A DNA stretch of 64,000 nt, from positions 1,331 to 65,330 of the forward strand of contig JBAZRI010000003.1 of assembly GCA_041662965.1 (NCBI GenBank), in the 5' to 3' direction. The stretch's first letter is position 1, and every line of letters begins with the position of its first letter. The stretch is from Patescibacteria group bacterium (GTDB taxonomy: Bacteria; Patescibacteriota; Patescibacteriia; Patescibacteriales; GWC2-42-12). A program made the translations under genes and the position numbers. This document shows positions 18,060 through 25,735 of the stretch, in pieces. The notes beneath the pieces are model-generated. The model saw only the letters and a list, made by a program, of their open reading frames with translations, made no database searches and was not told the DNA's origin.

Positions 18060-19529
18060 ATGACCATAAATCAAATCATCAACAACTTTAAGGAGAATAA
18101 CCCCAAGGCTGACCCCACTATGATCCAGCTGGCTTATGAATTCGCCGTTAAAGCCCATTCCGGGCAAAAAAGAAAAAGCGGCGAACCCTATATTCAGCAC
18201 TCTTTGCATACGGCTTTCGTTTTAGTGCAGATTAAAGCCGATATGGAAACCATAATCGCCGGCCTGCTCCATGATATTCCCGAAGATACCGAATTTACGC
18301 TGGCCGATATTGAAAAAAACTTCGGCAAAGAGATCGCTGATCTGGTGGAAGGCATAACTAAATTAAGCAAGATAAAATACCGCGGCATTGAACGCTACCG
18401 CGAAAGCTTGCGCAAAATGTTTTTAGCCATGGCGCAAGACCTAAGGGTTATTTTAATAAAATTCGCCGACCGCCTGCATAACCTAAGGACATTGGAATCT
18501 CTGCCTTTGGAAAAACGCCAGCGCATCGCCCGCGAGACTTTGGAAATTTACGCTCCAATCGCCGGACTTTTAGGCATCTGGCGGTTAAAATGGCAGATGG
18601 AAGATATCTGCTTTAAGCACCTAAACCCGGAAGAGTATAAAAAACTGGCTTATAAATTTGAGGTAGAAAAAAGGCTTGAGCATAACCAATATATTCAAAG
18701 AGTAAAAAATATGCTGGGCGCGAAACTTAAAGAAGCAAAAATTCCTTTCCATATTATCAGCCGTTTTAAGCACCTTTACAGCATTTATCTTAAACTGCAG
18801 AAAAAAGACCGGAAATTTGACGAAATTTACGATGTTTTCGCTTTGCGCGTTATCGTGCCTGACGTTGCTAATTGCTATAAAACTTTAGGCATAATTCATT
18901 CTTTGTGGCGGCCTAACCCCGGCCGGTTTAAAGATTATATCGCCGTGCCAAAGCCTAACGGCTATCGGGCTCTGCATACCACTGTCTACGGCCCGGAAGG
19001 CAAATCAACGGAATTTCAAATCAGAACCGAAGAAATGGATGACGTGGCCAAATACGGCATCGCCGCCCATTGGTCTTATAAAATGGACGGCGGCCATAAA
19101 AACGATTCAAAAAAACAGCCGGACTGGGTAAAGGAAGTTTTGCATATCCAAAAAGAAACCGCGGACACGGCTGATTTTATCAAGCAGATAAAATTTGATG
19201 TTTTCCGCGACCGGATTTTTATTTTTACGCCTAAAGGCGATGTTTTTGACTTGCCGGAAGGAGCCACGCCGATTGATTTCGCTTATTACGTCCATTCGGA
19301 TATCGGCAACCAGGCGGTCGGCGCCAGGGTCAACGATAGAATCGCCACCTTAGACCAGGAATTAAAAAATGGCGACTTGGTGGAAATAACCACGGAGAAA
19401 AAACGCCAAGGCCCGAGCCGCGACTGGCTTAAATTCGTTAAAACCGCCACGGCCAGAAATAAAATCAAGCAAAATTTAAAATCCACCATGATGGATAATA
19501 TTAAAAAATTCATACCGAAGATAAAATAG
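18060..19529 (+). CDS. rel: RelA/SpoT homolog, (p)ppGpp hydrolase + synthetase + TGS domains
   Basis: HD motif LLHDIPEDT, synthetase motifs RFKHLYSIYLKL and YRALHTTV, and TGS motif IFIFTPKGDVFDLPEGATPIDFAY. At 489 aa it has no ACT-type C-terminus. Confidence 0.92.
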   Translation: MTINQIINNFKENNPKADPTMIQLAYEFAVKAHSGQKRKSGEPYIQHSLHTAFVLVQIKADMETIIAGLLHDIPEDTEFTLADIEKNFGKEIADLVEGITKLSKIKYRGIERYRESLRKMFLAMAQDLRVILIKFADRLHNLRTLESLPLEKRQRIARETLEIYAPIAGLLGIWRLKWQMEDICFKHLNPEEYKKLAYKFEVEKRLEHNQYIQRVKNMLGAKLKEAKIPFHIISRFKHLYSIYLKLQKKDRKFDEIYDVFALRVIVPDVANCYKTLGIIHSLWRPNPGRFKDYIAVPKPNGYRALHTTVYGPEGKSTEFQIRTEEMDDVAKYGIAAHWSYKMDGGHKNDSKKQPDWVKEVLHIQKETADTADFIKQIKFDVFRDRIFIFTPKGDVFDLPEGATPIDFAYYVHSDIGNQAVGARVNDRIATLDQELKNGDLVEITTEKKRQGPSRDWLKFVKTATARNKIKQNLKSTMMDNIKKFIPKIK

Positions 19530-19545
19530 AAAAATAATAAAAAAA

Positions 19546-19575
19546 CCCTCGCGATAAGCGGGGGTTTTGTTTTTA
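19546..19575 (+). terminator. rho-independent terminator of the rel gene
   Basis: Hairpin CCCTCGC-GATAA-GCGGGGG followed by TTTTGTTTTT. Confidence 0.7.
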
Positions 19576-19654
19576 AAATTAAAAAGCACTTAATAAAAAA
19601 TTAGAAATGGGCGCGGGAGGCTTTATACGGCCTCCCGCGAAAGAATGAACAGGA

Positions 19655-19831
19655 CTAGTAAACTAAATCCAAACTGAATAAATAATTACTGGGCATGCCT
19701 CCTCTTTGGATAAATTGCCCCCTTGTTATGCCCTTTTTTAAAACTTCGCAAATTTCTGCCGCATTTTCGTCATCTGCAGTTATTAACGTTTTTCCCTTTT
19801 CCGAAAAAAAACGTTCTTCTAAATCTCCCAT
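19655..19831 (-). CDS. small hypothetical protein (58 aa)
   Basis: ATG 19831 is preceded by AGGAGGAGG, a strong SD. An upstream TTGACA-17-TATTGT lies at about 19947-19919. A hairpin at 19611-19638 lies downstream. I recognised no motif. Confidence 0.4.
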   Translation of the reverse strand: MGDLEERFFSEKGKTLITADDENAAEICEVLKKGITRGQFIQRGGMPSNYLFSLDLVY

Positions 19832-20181
19832 AAGCACCTCCTCCTAAAGATTATTTTATTAGCCCAATTCTAATTTTTTATTATAAATTTTAAAGGACAA
19901 AATCCATAAATTAATAACTAAACAATAGTCTAAATTTTGCTGTTTGTCAATTATAATCCGGCCTAATTTTAGAGATAAATTTCAAACAAAACCGGAGATG
20001 CCTATCGCGTAATCTGCGCTGCGCCCGGAGACAGAACTGCGGCTAAAACAGCCGGCTCTTATGGCTCATGCCTACTCGCCCATTGGCTCATTTCCACCAT
20101 TTGAGCCATTAGCTTAAAACGATGGAGTTTTATTGGCATCCTTAATAAATTATTTCCTAGCGCCGGAATATAGGCGCATAT

Positions 20182-20529
20182 CTATAACTTATTATGCTTG
20201 GTATGTTTTCCTTTGGCTTTTTCAATCGGATATCTCCTGGCTGTTTCAATAAGTTTTTTTGGCAAAGCCAAGCTAATATTAATATTTAAATCATGCGACA
20301 TTAGTAAAACCCAATACAAAACATCTGCCAATTCGTCGGCTATTTCATTTTTATTTGTTTTTACATACTTTTCCATTTCTTGCTTATTTTTCCATTGAAA
20401 ATGCTCTAAAACCTCCGCCGCTTCCAACGCTAAAGATATAGCCATGTCTTTTGGATTGTGAAACTGTTTCCAGTCTCTTTCATCGCGAAATTTTATAACC
20501 TTTTTTGTTAACTCATTGATATCAGACAT
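20182..20529 (-). CDS. MazG-like all-alpha NTP pyrophosphohydrolase (DCTPP1/YpjD-like)
   Basis: FRDERDWKQFHNPKDMAISLALEAAEVLEHFQW and ADELADVLYWVLLMSHDLNI fit the MazG-type EExxE/D four-helix pattern. Confidence 0.8.
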   Translation of the reverse strand: MSDINELTKKVIKFRDERDWKQFHNPKDMAISLALEAAEVLEHFQWKNKQEMEKYVKTNKNEIADELADVLYWVLLMSHDLNINISLALPKKLIETARRYPIEKAKGKHTKHNKL

Positions 20530-20636
20530 ATTTTATAACTTATTTAAATTATATCTTATTTATCTTAGATTAAACCAAAATGCTTTTTTATATAATTTTC
20601 AACTTCTTTAATAATTTTTATATTATCAATTATCTA

Positions 20637-21251
20637 TTATCTGTTTAAATCTAGCAAAGCTATTTCAACCGGCGCGGAGCTAACGCCAAAATATTTTGCT
20701 ATCGGTCTGGCTAAATATTGATTAAGAATTTTTGGGTCTATTTCAGTTATTTTAATTTGATCTTCAGAAATAAATTGATTAATCACTTTTTTTCTAATTT
20801 CATATAATTGACCCCGAGGAATTAATAAAAAATTGGCAAAAATATGCGCTTGTGTTTCCATAAAATGGTATTGATCTCCCGGTATTTCATCATAAAACCT
20901 GTTAAAATCATCGGCATCGCTAATTCCAAATTGTTCATATAAATTTTTATGCAACGCCAAATGGCCGATTTCATGGGCATATGAAAATCTTAATCTATTA
21001 TTATTTTTATCTGCTTCAAATAAATCATAATCTACGCAAATCTGTTGCCAAGACGAAGTTATATAAGCATCAATATTAAACAATTTAAATAGGCCTGGCT
21101 TGAATATAATATCCATCCTTAAATTAACACTGATTATTTTTTCTATATCCACCGGAATTATGTCGTTCCAATATTTTTTTCTAAATAGCTCGGCGGCATC
21201 GGAAATTTCTCCCTTGGTTAGAAAGGGCACTTTAACGCTCTGAAAATTCAT
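20637..21251 (-). CDS. ImmA/IrrE-family zinc metallopeptidase
   Basis: HEXXH motif within YAHEIGHLALH. It lies 4 nt downstream of an XRE HTH gene, which is the canonical pairing. Confidence 0.8.
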   Translation of the reverse strand: MNFQSVKVPFLTKGEISDAAELFRKKYWNDIIPVDIEKIISVNLRMDIIFKPGLFKLFNIDAYITSSWQQICVDYDLFEADKNNNRLRFSYAHEIGHLALHKNLYEQFGISDADDFNRFYDEIPGDQYHFMETQAHIFANFLLIPRGQLYEIRKKVINQFISEDQIKITEIDPKILNQYLARPIAKYFGVSSAPVEIALLDLNR

Positions 21252-21255
21252 TTTT

Positions 21256-21636
21256 TTATTTATTATTTTTTATTAGCTTAAATAACGCCTCTATTTCTCG
21301 CTTGGTCGGCTTCTCGTCTCTCATAGTCCGAAAAAACGCCGGCAGAAGTTTAACTGTATCTGCGTCGGAAAGTATATCTTCCGGTATGATGCCTTGAGCG
21401 ATCGCAGCGCAGTCAATAAAATCATTCAGTTCTTTTTTATTTGGTAATAATCCAAATATTTTAGTCCACTTTATGAGAGTATTTTTATCCGAAGGCGGAG
21501 CCATTTTTCCTCTTTCAATTTTACTCCAATTACTAGGATCATAATCGGCTAATTTACATATTTCCCTTAGGCTAAGGTTTTTTTCAATTCTTAAATTTTT
21601 TAACAATTCGCCGAATTTTTGTAGATTTTTTTTCAT
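21256..21636 (-). CDS. XRE-family helix-turn-helix regulator
   Basis: LKNLRIEKNLSLREICKLADYDPSNWSKIERGK, an HTH_3-like motif. Confidence 0.75.
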   Translation of the reverse strand: MKKNLQKFGELLKNLRIEKNLSLREICKLADYDPSNWSKIERGKMAPPSDKNTLIKWTKIFGLLPNKKELNDFIDCAAIAQGIIPEDILSDADTVKLLPAFFRTMRDEKPTKREIEALFKLIKNNK

Positions 21637-21676
21637 TGATTCACCACCTCTCTAGTTTTTTAATTAATATTAAATA

Positions 21677-21715
21677 AGTGTGGTATTATTTTACCACACT
21701 TAAAAATATTGTCAA
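21677..21715 (-). promoter_or_regulatory. promoter plus palindromic operator of the XRE/ImmA pair
   Basis: On the minus strand, TTGACA (21715-21710), a 16 nt spacer, then TAAAAT (21693-21688). A 10 bp inverted repeat AAGTGTGGTA / TACCACACTT (21677-21701) spans the -10 box. GAGAGGTGGTGA precedes the ATG. Confidence 0.55.
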
Positions 21716-21725
21716 ATTGTTTTAC

Positions 21726-22538
21726 TTATTTACCACTTTTAATTTTTCTTACTTTTTCAGCCTTCTTTACCCTGGTATGCGCTTTGCCGATGCCGTCCGG
21801 CGTAGGTAAATTCTCCGGCATAGTGCCGCCCAAACCCTGAATGGTGTTTCTGACTTTTTGGCCGACTTCATAATGGGCCAGATTAGCGCTTGTCTCTCCT
21901 TTAATATTTTCTCGCCTGATTTTAGCGTCGGCCTGCGTGGCGCGAAACAGATTGGCCGCCAACTCTTCACTGCCCATATGGTCAAGAATATGCTGTGTCT
22001 TTTTAAGATTCTTGCGATTATGGATGTCTTGCATGGTAAGGCCGCCGTAAAGCCCTCTGTAGCCGTAATTTTGAAAAATCGCGTAATTTTCTACACCGGC
22101 GATTGAGGCCGCCTGGGTTAAGCTTACATTGTGTTTTTTCATCTGCTCTCGCAAAAATACGCGCTTATTATCCTCAATTAAATTATCCGTCTTTTCCTGC
22201 CGGCGGGTTTGGATGGCAAAATAGGTCTGCCCTTTGGCGACTACGACTTTTGTCGGATCTGAATTTTGCATGACAAGATAACAAGCGTAACGGGAAAGAT
22301 ATATGATTTCCACGGGTTTTTCCGCTCCTGACCCAATCTTAACCATTTCGTTAGCTTCAACGAAATGGTTGTGGATAACCTCACCGCTATTCCCGCAGGC
22401 AATTTTCGCCCTTTCTATAACTCCGAGAAAATTGCGATAATCCGTGTATTCCAGAACTTTAGCTAAGTCGCGCGACGACCAATATCCCTTGCCATTATTA
22501 TCAAGCCGTTTAATATCTTCAAATTGATTTTTACTCAT
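21726..22538 (-). CDS. dinD: DNA-damage-inducible protein D-like (Bro-N type N-terminal domain)
   Basis: 270 aa. I recall close similarity to E. coli DinD over FEDIKR...WSSRDLAKVLEY..YRNF..VIERAK.AC.NSG....HF.E...MVKIGSGA...SRYACYLV.QN.DP.K...A.GQTYFAIQTRRQE. Confidence 0.8.
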   Translation of the reverse strand: MSKNQFEDIKRLDNNGKGYWSSRDLAKVLEYTDYRNFLGVIERAKIACGNSGEVIHNHFVEANEMVKIGSGAEKPVEIIYLSRYACYLVMQNSDPTKVVVAKGQTYFAIQTRRQEKTDNLIEDNKRVFLREQMKKHNVSLTQAASIAGVENYAIFQNYGYRGLYGGLTMQDIHNRKNLKKTQHILDHMGSEELAANLFRATQADAKIRRENIKGETSANLAHYEVGQKVRNTIQGLGGTMPENLPTPDGIGKAHTRVKKAEKVRKIKSGK

Positions 22539-22569
22539 ATTATTAGTATTTCATTAAAATCTATTTATA

Positions 22570-22598
22570 ATTATATACGAACAAAATACGAAATTCAA
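22570..22598 (-). promoter_or_regulatory. candidate promoter of dinD with direct repeats
   Basis: On the minus strand, TTGAAT (22598-22593), 17 nt, then TATAAT (22575-22570). The spacer holds two TTCGTAT direct repeats (22592-22586 and 22581-22575). Confidence 0.45.
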
Positions 22599-22602
22599 TA
22601 AT

Positions 22603-24096
22603 TTAAATATTATTCTTAACCAAAAAATCTTTTAAAACCATAGTGGCCTTGCAATCATCTTCATTATATTCCAAAATTCTTTTTAATATTTTTTCATCTT
22701 TGGTTTTTAAATATTCATTATACCATTGTATTGATAAAGCGCCGGAGGGCGTTTCGTCCCGCCATTTGAATCCCAGATAGACGGCAATCTCTTTTATAGA
22801 ATAACTCCCTAGTGGCCAATCGGTGTGCTTATAAATTATATCCATATATAAATCAATAGTCTTCTCCCGCGCGAAAAAGTCTTCCAGCTCGTCTTCGCTC
22901 ACGACTTCTGGGTATGTCTGGCGCATTTTTTTATAAACCGTCTTTTCATAAGGCGAATAATAATAAACCGCGAAGTCATCTTTCGGTAAAGTTCTGATGT
23001 AATCCCAAAATTTTTGCCAGGCAATTTTTTCACCTTCTGCCGTATTGCTTTCGGCTACGAAGCTTAAAAACCTTTCTTTACCGTTTTTTCTTTCATACAC
23101 GCCGTGAAGATAGACTAAATTTTGCGTCGGGTCGGCTTCAATATCAAAAAATAATTCCGTGGAAACTTCGGGCAAATTAAGATGCTCATAAATAACCGGT
23201 TTTTTAGTATTGGCAACGATATTGGCTCGAATAATTATTTTTTCAATTGTTTTCTCGCCCACGCCCGGTAAAAACTTTTTATTAGCCTTTTTCCGCGCCG
23301 CGATAACCGCGATATCTAATTGTGCGATATCTTTTACGCTATTAACCCCTAGCTGTTCAACAATAACATCTCGCTTGCTTCGTCCCAAATAAAATATATT
23401 GGTTAAGTCGTCACTTTCCTTACACCACTTTTTACAGCTTAAATACCAAGGGCACAATTTGCAAATAGCCGAACTGGCCGGTAAATTCTGCTTTTTATTC
23501 TTTATTAGCGCATCCGCCTCTTCTTTTATTTCTTCATACGCTTCCCACCAAGTCTCGGGACTGCGAACACCCATCTTATCATCTAATTTATATTCCGCTT
23601 CTTTTTCGTTTATATCAATAATCAAACCTATATTGTTTTTGGCAAATCCTTTTTCTTTTAATAATCCAGCGTAAACGCATAATTGCACGGCGTAATGCTT
23701 TTTTAGCCTGCCTTCGCCATCTTCGCTCTCCCCCTCATAGCCCAATCCAGCCTTAATATCAATTGGCAAATAATTACCATCGGATTGTTTTCTTAATAAG
23801 TCTGGTATGCCCATTAAATTCTCGCCTTTTAAAACTCCCTGATATATTAATTCATCACCGCGCTTCATAGCTTCCATAGCTAAATCAGCGGCCCGATCAA
23901 ATCCAATTTTACTTAAATCCGTAAACCCACCCAGCTTGCTGACCACTTTCTTTTCATGCTGGACGCCCCGATCCCAAAGCAATTGAACGAACGGATTAGT
24001 TTCTTTAATTTTCTCCTCTTGCGGACCCCAAACATCCCGCCACACCCGATGTGGACATTGGAGATAATTATATAGCTTTGAAGCGGTTATGGACAT
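22603..24096 (-). CDS. Cas4/RecB-like PD-(D/E)xK nuclease with a C-terminal RNase H-like domain (TM0106-type)
   Basis: N-terminal Cys (YLQCPHR), PIDIKAG (D-x-K), QLCVY (QxxxY), and a CKLCPWYLSC Cys cluster typical of Cas4-type Fe-S nucleases. The C-terminus has FFDIEADP...YLHGV...YNEDDC, an RNase H-like exonuclease fold. Confidence 0.8.
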   Translation of the reverse strand: MSITASKLYNYLQCPHRVWRDVWGPQEEKIKETNPFVQLLWDRGVQHEKKVVSKLGGFTDLSKIGFDRAADLAMEAMKRGDELIYQGVLKGENLMGIPDLLRKQSDGNYLPIDIKAGLGYEGESEDGEGRLKKHYAVQLCVYAGLLKEKGFAKNNIGLIIDINEKEAEYKLDDKMGVRSPETWWEAYEEIKEEADALIKNKKQNLPASSAICKLCPWYLSCKKWCKESDDLTNIFYLGRSKRDVIVEQLGVNSVKDIAQLDIAVIAARKKANKKFLPGVGEKTIEKIIIRANIVANTKKPVIYEHLNLPEVSTELFFDIEADPTQNLVYLHGVYERKNGKERFLSFVAESNTAEGEKIAWQKFWDYIRTLPKDDFAVYYYSPYEKTVYKKMRQTYPEVVSEDELEDFFAREKTIDLYMDIIYKHTDWPLGSYSIKEIAVYLGFKWRDETPSGALSIQWYNEYLKTKDEKILKRILEYNEDDCKATMVLKDFLVKNNI

Positions 24097-24110
24097 TTAT
24101 TTTTATTTGT

Positions 24111-24452
24111 TTAGATAATTCCAAAGTGTTTCTTAAGATAACTTTCGACTTCTTTAATAATTTTTATATTTACCTCCCCTATTTTATGAATAAACCTTAA
24201 TTTATCATAGCTAATTATGTGATGTACTTTTATAATTGAATCTTCATATAATCTATTGCTAACGTCTTTTTTGATAAAAATATCATCTCTATGACGATTA
24301 CCGGAAGAAGATAACGGCATAATCGTAACTAAATTAACGGCGGTAATTAAATTATTAGCCATAATAATAAGCGCCGGACGGTCGTTATAATATTCGTGCC
24401 CAACGCTTTTTTCTTCGGCCAATTTAATCAACCAGATTTCCCCCTTTTTCAT
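24111..24452 (-). CDS. MazF/PemK-family endoribonuclease toxin
   Basis: 113 aa. KKGEIWLIKL...DRPALIIMAN...VTIMPLSS matches the PemK/MazF pattern (GdIw...RPvlVvs...vvPlTs). Confidence 0.8.
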   Translation of the reverse strand: MKKGEIWLIKLAEEKSVGHEYYNDRPALIIMANNLITAVNLVTIMPLSSSGNRHRDDIFIKKDVSNRLYEDSIIKVHHIISYDKLRFIHKIGEVNIKIIKEVESYLKKHFGII

Positions 24453-24454
24453 AT

Positions 24455-25189
24455 TTACTTAAGATTTTTATAATAATTAGCTGCCGCTTCCGAAATTGAA
24501 CCTAAAGCTTTAAGCGCGTCGCGGCCGGCGGCATCCTGCATGTCTTCAAACGAAGAAGTTTTAATTACATTTTTTATTAAACCATTAATCATATAATTAT
24601 CGTCAGCATGAATATAAATTGGTTTAAAATTTTCCGATGATTCGGAAACCAGCGCGATTTGATCCTCCCTTTTATCCCAAAAAAACTTTTTAATATTGGC
24701 ACATCCTTCAATAACCGATAGCACATAGTCGCCATTACGGGGATTTTTATTATCAGGATCAACTAAAACATAATCGCCATCTTCTATTGTCTGTACCCCA
24801 TTAACTTTGGCGCGGTTCATTGACGGCCCTTGAGCGCGTACTGCGAAAATATTTTTTACCTTGCCGATTAAGCGCCGCGATATTCTCAAATAGCCTTCTA
24901 AATTTTCCTCGGCAATAATTTTAGCTTCGCCGCAATCGGCTCCGCCGTAAATCGGCACGGCCACGATCTCGCTAACGCCCTGTTTTATTTCCGAATTAAT
25001 TAATCGCGCTTCACCGGTTTTTTTATCTATTTCAATAAATCCCTTTTTCTCTAATTGGCTTAAATGATGGCTGATTTTTTGCGGATGGCTTTCGTCAACC
25101 AATAAGCCAATATCTCTAAGGCTCATTTTTTCCATATTAATCTTAGAAACGATTTTTAATAGTTTTTCTTGTATGGGATGCAAATGCAT
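24455..25189 (-). CDS. LexA-like repressor (winged HTH + S24 peptidase) with a C-terminal extension
   Basis: N-terminus is LexA-type wHTH (MSLRDIG...ISHHLSQLEKKGFIE). S24 motifs are VPIYGGADCGE (cleavage-loop region), GPSM (Ser) and ANIKKF (Lys). About 45 aa follow the S24 fold. Confidence 0.8.
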   Translation of the reverse strand: MHLHPIQEKLLKIVSKINMEKMSLRDIGLLVDESHPQKISHHLSQLEKKGFIEIDKKTGEARLINSEIKQGVSEIVAVPIYGGADCGEAKIIAEENLEGYLRISRRLIGKVKNIFAVRAQGPSMNRAKVNGVQTIEDGDYVLVDPDNKNPRNGDYVLSVIEGCANIKKFFWDKREDQIALVSESSENFKPIYIHADDNYMINGLIKNVIKTSSFEDMQDAAGRDALKALGSISEAAANYYKNLK

Positions 25190-25219
25190 AAAATTTTATG
25201 ATTATTTATACTTATCCAC

Positions 25220-25248
25220 ATTATAGACTAAGAACAATGTTTTGTCAA
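25220..25248 (-). promoter_or_regulatory. consensus sigma70-type promoter of the lexA-like operon
   Basis: On the minus strand, TTGACA (25248-25243), 17 nt, then TATAAT (25225-25220). The spacer contains the small palindrome AACA-T-TGTT. Confidence 0.65.
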
Positions 25249-25275
25249 GTTTTTTATAATTACTCGTCAAGTCTC

Positions 25276-25304
25276 TTGACGGCTATTTCTATTTTTGCTA
25301 AAAT
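25276..25304 (+). promoter_or_regulatory. divergent promoter toward the DUF2188 gene
   Basis: TTGACG (25276-25281), 17 nt, then TAAAAT (25299-25304). The -35 box overlaps the GTCAAG-N3-CTTGAC palindrome at 25266-25280. The leader is about 140 nt and has two hairpins. Confidence 0.55.
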
Positions 25305-25453
25305 AATAAATAACCCTTAAAAATCAAAACGGGTTAGACCAATAAAGGCCTTACCCGCTTGAAAATGTGCGGCCGATTATCCGCACAAACGCTCTTAATA
25401 ATTAAAGGATAGCACATTCTCAATTTTTGGGGAATAATAATTAATTTATACTT

Positions 25454-25693
25454 ATGTTACCGAAATTTACACTTAGTCTGAATGACGAAAAAGATGTGTG
25501 GCAACTTAGAAACGATATGACAAACAGAGTTCTGAAAAACTTCGACACTAAGGGTGAAGCCTTAGAGGGTGGGGTTATGAAAGATTTGCTTGGGAACAAT
25601 GGTGGATCAGTAAAGATTCAAAAAGAAAACCACATATTCCAAGAAGAAAGGACATACCCTCGCAGCAAAGACCCTTCTGAATCCAAAGGTTAA
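25454..25693 (+). CDS. DUF2188-like small protein
   Basis: 79 aa. W.L.....R....F.TKGEAL......, then KIQKENHIFQEERTYPRSKDPSESKG, resembles the DUF2188 pattern (...I..E.tYG.DP.PpkG). Confidence 0.6.
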   Translation: MLPKFTLSLNDEKDVWQLRNDMTNRVLKNFDTKGEALEGGVMKDLLGNNGGSVKIQKENHIFQEERTYPRSKDPSESKG

Positions 25694-25705
25694 TAATCAT
25701 CAAAA

Positions 25706-25735
25706 ACAGGAAGCTCAAAGCTTCCTGTTTTTATT
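25706..25735. terminator. bidirectional terminator between the DUF2188 gene and the HEPN-like gene
   Basis: 9 bp stem ACAGGAAGC / GCTTCCTGT with a 5 nt loop, flanked by A5 upstream and T-runs downstream. Confidence 0.7.

Noticed and set aside
25226-25242. AACA-T-TGTT palindrome in the lexA-like promoter spacer considered as a canonical SOS box.
   Set aside because: It has only 4+4 bp and does not match the known LexA-box classes I recall (CTGT-N8-ACAG, GAAC-N4-GTTC). I mention it only as a weak operator candidate.
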